Source: Nannocystis bainbridge (GTDB lineage: Bacteria; Myxococcota_A; Polyangia; Nannocystales; Nannocystaceae). Taken from it: a stretch of DNA of 64,000 nt. Location of the stretch: assembly GCF_028368995.1 (NCBI RefSeq), contig NZ_JAQNDL010000002.1:1472001-1536000 (forward strand), given 5' to 3'. Below are positions 60,487 to 64,000 of the stretch, one piece after another (position 1 is the stretch's first letter; each line of letters starts with the position of its first letter). The notes under the pieces are model-generated. The model saw only the letters and a program-made list of their open reading frames with translations, ran no database searches and was not told the origin of the DNA. The translations under genes and the position numbers were made by a program.

Positions 60487-61244
60487 ATGTCGCCCCCTGC
60501 TGCTGGCCCCGATCCGACTGACCACGCGAGCAACGTGGTGGCGGCGCTGTACTTCGCGCCGGCGGTCGAGCCGGCGGTCGAGCCGGCCTGCGCGACAGCC
60601 TCGTGCCGCTCGCAGCAGCGCTCGGAGGTCCCGTCGAACCCGATGAAGCCATCGACGCGGCCATCCTCGCCGGTGACCTGGCGCAGTTCGAAGCAGCTGG
60701 CGAGATGGTCTATCTGCGGTGCCCCGCTCGTGCGGAGACCGACAGCTTCGGTGTGATGTTCGGCCGCACGCGATCGGCGTCGCGGCTCTACTTCTCGGTC
60801 CGCGCGGGCCTTTTCGGACCCGACGAGGTCCGCGAGATCTGGACGCGGACCGTGGCTGTTATGACCGCGCTGATCCCGACGCTGCGGCCGTCGTTCGCGC
60901 TGGCCAACGGCACGGCCGACGAGGAACCGACGCCGGCCCTCGTGCCGCTCGACGAGGTCCGCCGCGGCCGCCTGCCGTCGTTCGTCACGCCCTACACCTA
61001 CGTCCACGAGGCGCTGCTCGCTGAGGCGCCGCGCCAGCAGCTCGCCGACGCCGGCGCCCAGGTCGAGCGCCGCGCGGACGGCTGGCAGATCATGTTCGTC
61101 CCCGACCTCAAAATCGTGCCCTCGCGCGGCCTGCTCCAAGCCGTGGCCTCCTGGCTCGGCGCCCCAGGCGGCTACGTCCAGCGCCGGCTGCCGGCCGGGA
61201 AAGGGCGCCGGCAGCGAAGCACGAAGGTCCGCGCGAGAAGCTGA
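60487..61244 (+). pseudogene. Hypothetical protein, probably frameshifted near 60585
   Basis: N-terminal frame (VVAALYFAPAVE) switches to the 60603-61244 frame next to a 12-bp duplication GCCGGCGGTCGA. Confidence 0.45.
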
Positions 61245-61419
61245 ACTTGCCCACCCGGGCAGACGGTCGGATTGCGTGAGAGCGACCCCCATCTCGCGGA
61301 GCGACGATCGGCAGGTCCGCGATCGAGCCAGCGGGACGTCCTCGCAGCACCGCAACTCGGGCCGGAGCTTGCTGCGGCACCACGTCTCCGCCGCGAGCGC
61401 GCCTCCATGTCATGAGGCT

Positions 61420-61446
61420 GTCCAGCCCCCTCGAGGGGGACTGGAC
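61420..61446 (-). terminator. Hairpin downstream of the tRNA fragment
   Basis: GTCCAG-CCCCC-TCGA-GGGGG-A-CTGGAC. Confidence 0.5.
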
Positions 61447-61448
61447 GC

Positions 61449-61510
61449 TAGCGCCCACAGCAGGGATCGAACCTGCGACCTACAGTTTAGGAAACCGTCG
61501 GTCAATCCAA
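61449..61510 (-). mobile_element. tRNA-Arg(CCT) 3' fragment, probable att site
   Basis: Minus strand ACGGT-TTCCTAA-ACTGT (anticodon CCT), AGGTC, GCAGG-TTCGATC-CCTGC, TGTGGGC-G-CTA; no matching 5' acceptor strand. Confidence 0.85.
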
Positions 61511-61808
61511 CGCCGGCCTCGGCCGGCGCGTCGATCGGCTGCATGTTTTGCCCTCCGGCCCGCTGGGGCGGGCACCGATCGGGGCTAGCAGGGCGCTCCG
61601 GCCGCGTCAACAGTTAATCTCAGGACTCGCTCCTGCGAACTGCCCGCCGGGCATGTGGGCGGAGCGAGTCTTCTATCCTCTCAGAGCCCATGTCCCAGCG
61701 TGTACAGCTGCACCACGAAGCGCGACCCAACAAGCTCGGGCGGCGGTCGCCAAAGCGCACAGAGCGGCGACGAAGCGGTCGCGCCGCCCGCCTCACCGCC
61801 TCGGAGTT

Positions 61809-62015
61809 TTACAGTTCCTCCGATGCGCGTGAAATCTCCTCGGCGCGCCGGTATCGCTGACTCAGGTTCCCGCTTTTCGTGACGATTCCGAGCGACTTCA
61901 AGAGCTTCACTTTCTCCTTGAGCGAGCCCTTTTGAACCGCCGCAATCATTTCCTGGGGAGTCAAAGCGTGCTCAACCGCTTTCTGTTTCGAAGCCCGGGT
62001 CTTCGTCTCGGCCAT
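61809..62015 (-). CDS. Small basic hypothetical protein (68 aa)
   Basis: Overlaps the end of the upstream gene; LLKSLGIVTKSGNLSQRYR; lower GC. Confidence 0.65.
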   Translation of the reverse strand: MAETKTRASKQKAVEHALTPQEMIAAVQKGSLKEKVKLLKSLGIVTKSGNLSQRYRRAEEISRASEEL

Positions 62016-62598
62016 AGCGTCCGTCTCGTTTCATCGACCAGATTGCCACGATATTCGGCGCGCGTCGCACGCAAAGTTGGATGTGCGCGTTCTTAAAAAT
62101 TCCACTTCCCTTCCAGGCGCGCTCCAGACCACCCGCCGACGAGCTACCGGGCACGAAGGCCGCCCGAATACTTTCAAAGTCTTGCCCATCTTGCACCATC
62201 TTGCCGCAGAAGTAGTTGAAAACGGCACAGTCTAAGCGCTTATTTTTCTTGACATTCTCTGGAAGGGGAGCACCGGTCGCTCGCATGGCCAGAACGAAGT
62301 CAGCGTGCGCGGCCTGTAGCACAGGGACGTTTTCCGGGTCCAAAAGGTCAAAACAACGCCCGAGCCGAATAAGCGCGCCCACCACGGCGGCCTCCTTGCC
62401 ATGGCGCTGTCTCGCCCAGCGCCATGCTTGCTGAGGGGCATACTCCCAAAAGTAAATCCCGTGTCCCAGCCAATCGTCATCGTTCTCGCTCTTGCCGACC
62501 GCCGTACCATCAACTAAGCGAGCGGCCGTCTCACCCCTCGTTCCATGGAAACCGACCACTGTACGGTCGTAGTTGTACAAAGTCCGCGCGGATGACAT
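61972..62598 (-). CDS. Putative ADP-ribosyltransferase-fold protein
   Basis: FHGT...DDWLGHGIYFWE...HIQLCVR, resembling the H-Y-E/Q triad of PARP/DT-like ARTs; lower GC. Confidence 0.6.
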   Translation of the reverse strand: MSSARTLYNYDRTVVGFHGTRGETAARLVDGTAVGKSENDDDWLGHGIYFWEYAPQQAWRWARQRHGKEAAVVGALIRLGRCFDLLDPENVPVLQAAHADFVLAMRATGAPLPENVKKNKRLDCAVFNYFCGKMVQDGQDFESIRAAFVPGSSSAGGLERAWKGSGIFKNAHIQLCVRRAPNIVAIWSMKRDGRYGRDEDPGFETESG

Positions 62599-62769
62599 GC
62601 ATGCACCCCTTCATGCGGAGCGTACCAGGCCCATCAGGGGTCTTCTACTGAGTCATCCAAGGACAGACGGCGCGAAAATGCTCTGCCCTACTGGGACGCC
62701 ACCGCCGGAGTGGCCTTCTCCCTCCTCAATGCAGTGTATTGCCGCTCACGAGTCTGGTACCTTGAGTAA

Positions 62770-63843
62770 ATGGAAAGTGAACCATCCAAGACTGACAAAG
62801 CAGAGTTTGCGGCAGAGATTGAAGCGTTGGCGGCAGCGCTAAATGCGGATATCCTCGTTTACAGCGGGGATATCGAGCCCGGCAACGAAGACACGGTGAT
62901 CGAGCTTTGCAACAGGCGGGCACGTCGGCCTAATATCTTGCTCCTTCTGGCAACGTACGGCGGCGATGCACACACAGCCTACCGGATTTCAAGGTGTCTT
63001 CAGCAGAAATACACCCAATTCTTCGTTTTGGTCACAGGGCGGTGCAAGAGCGCTGGCACCCTTCTTGCCACAGGAGCAAATGAGCTCATCATGGGCGACC
63101 TCGCAGAGTTGGGGCCCCTGGATGTGCAGATGCGGAAGACGGATGAGATCGACGAGCGAAGCTCGGGTCTGACTCCTTCGCAGGCCATGATGTCGTTGGA
63201 TGCGCAGACTGTTGTAGCTTTCCAACAACACTTTCTGAGTCTGAAAGAGATCTCACTGACAACGCGCACGGCGGCGGAAATCGCCTCGTCGCTCGTGACC
63301 GGCCTTTACAGTGGCATCTACTCCCAGATTGAACCCATGAAAGTGGGCGAAATGCAGCGCGCGCTCACCGTCGCGCGCGTTTACGGAATGCGCTTGCAGC
63401 GCAACGTCAAGGCGAACCCACGGGCTGACGTGTTGTCTCTCCTGGTCAGCGCGTTCCCCGATCACGGGTACGTGATCGACCGGGAAGAGGCCAGGACCCT
63501 CTTCGAGCGGGTGCGCGAGCCGTCAAATGAAGAAATGAAGATCGTCAAGAGGTTGTTTGGTATTCTGCGTGAGCCAGCCGAACCGACCCAGATCTGCTTT
63601 TTGAATCCCCAACATCAACCAGAGCTAGAAGAGTCTCAAGATGCGAAGCAAAAATCAGACGCTACAGACGCCGGCGGAAGTGGCGAAGACTTTGAGAGCG
63701 ACGGAGCAACTGCGGAGGGATCAGGCGCAACAGGCGCTCCGAACTCTGCAACAGGCCGTCCGGGAGCAGGGCAAGCCGACCCCGTCGCCGCTCCCGCGCC
63801 GCTAGCATCCTCGGACGACGAGGAGCCAGCGAACGAGGTGTAG
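62770..63843 (+). CDS. SDH-family ClpP-fold serine protease with acidic tail
   Basis: TYGG, CKSAGTL (Ser), ELGPLDVQ (Asp), PDHGYVIDREEA (His). Confidence 0.88.
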   Translation: MESEPSKTDKAEFAAEIEALAAALNADILVYSGDIEPGNEDTVIELCNRRARRPNILLLLATYGGDAHTAYRISRCLQQKYTQFFVLVTGRCKSAGTLLATGANELIMGDLAELGPLDVQMRKTDEIDERSSGLTPSQAMMSLDAQTVVAFQQHFLSLKEISLTTRTAAEIASSLVTGLYSGIYSQIEPMKVGEMQRALTVARVYGMRLQRNVKANPRADVLSLLVSAFPDHGYVIDREEARTLFERVREPSNEEMKIVKRLFGILREPAEPTQICFLNPQHQPELEESQDAKQKSDATDAGGSGEDFESDGATAEGSGATGAPNSATGRPGAGQADPVAAPAPLASSDDEEPANEV

Positions 63844-63863
63844 TTCGCTCGAACCGTGAAACA

Positions 63864-63898
63864 GCGAAGCCCTGGCGACCTGGTCGCCAGGGCTTCGC
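63864..63898 (+). terminator. Perfect 17-bp inverted repeat after the protease gene
   Basis: GCGAAGCCCTGGCGACC-T-GGTCGCCAGGGCTTCGC. Confidence 0.65.
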
Positions 63899-64000
63899 CA
63901 TTTCCAGGTCCTGAAAAGCTCTTGGGCTCCCGCAACCCCGAGTCTCTCGACCTCGCATGCCGCAGCGTGCTCCGAGCGCACGCTCACCCCGCCGGCGCGG

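Noticed and set aside
61449-61530. Complete functional tRNA-Arg
   Set aside because: No 5' strand complementary to TGTGGGC, D-stem broken, ends CTA

Overview
Very GC-rich bacterial chromosome segment. The Cys-rich and Thr-rich lipoproteins, VWA lipoproteins and PAS-STAS gene suggest a myxobacterium, possibly Nannocystis-like (inference). Core blocks: DUF2157/GDYXXLXY genes, an RND operon with two permeases, era-der, two tandem VWA lipoproteins, proS, an acyltransferase, COX15/CtaA, murJ, a UbiA-family gene, dtd and lepA-lepB. A dif site lies at 47943-47970 and KOPS-like GGGNAGGG octamers switch strand across it, so this is very probably the replication terminus. Left of dif is a decaying accessory patch (~35-47.9 kb) with a kinase remnant, an IS3 end, two broken xerC-like copies, two TPR-thioredoxin lipoproteins and a tail-fibre-like remnant. 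At the right end, a tRNA-Arg(CCT) 3' fragment marks the edge of a lower-GC island carrying an ART-like gene, a small partner gene and an SDH-family protease. The most unusual signals are (1) dispersed arrays in which CATG (CAGG/CCTG inside genes) recurs at an exact 14-bp period, both between and inside genes, and (2) a LepB with a ~460-aa three-repeat insert inside box E. All calls were made by eye; no database searches were run.
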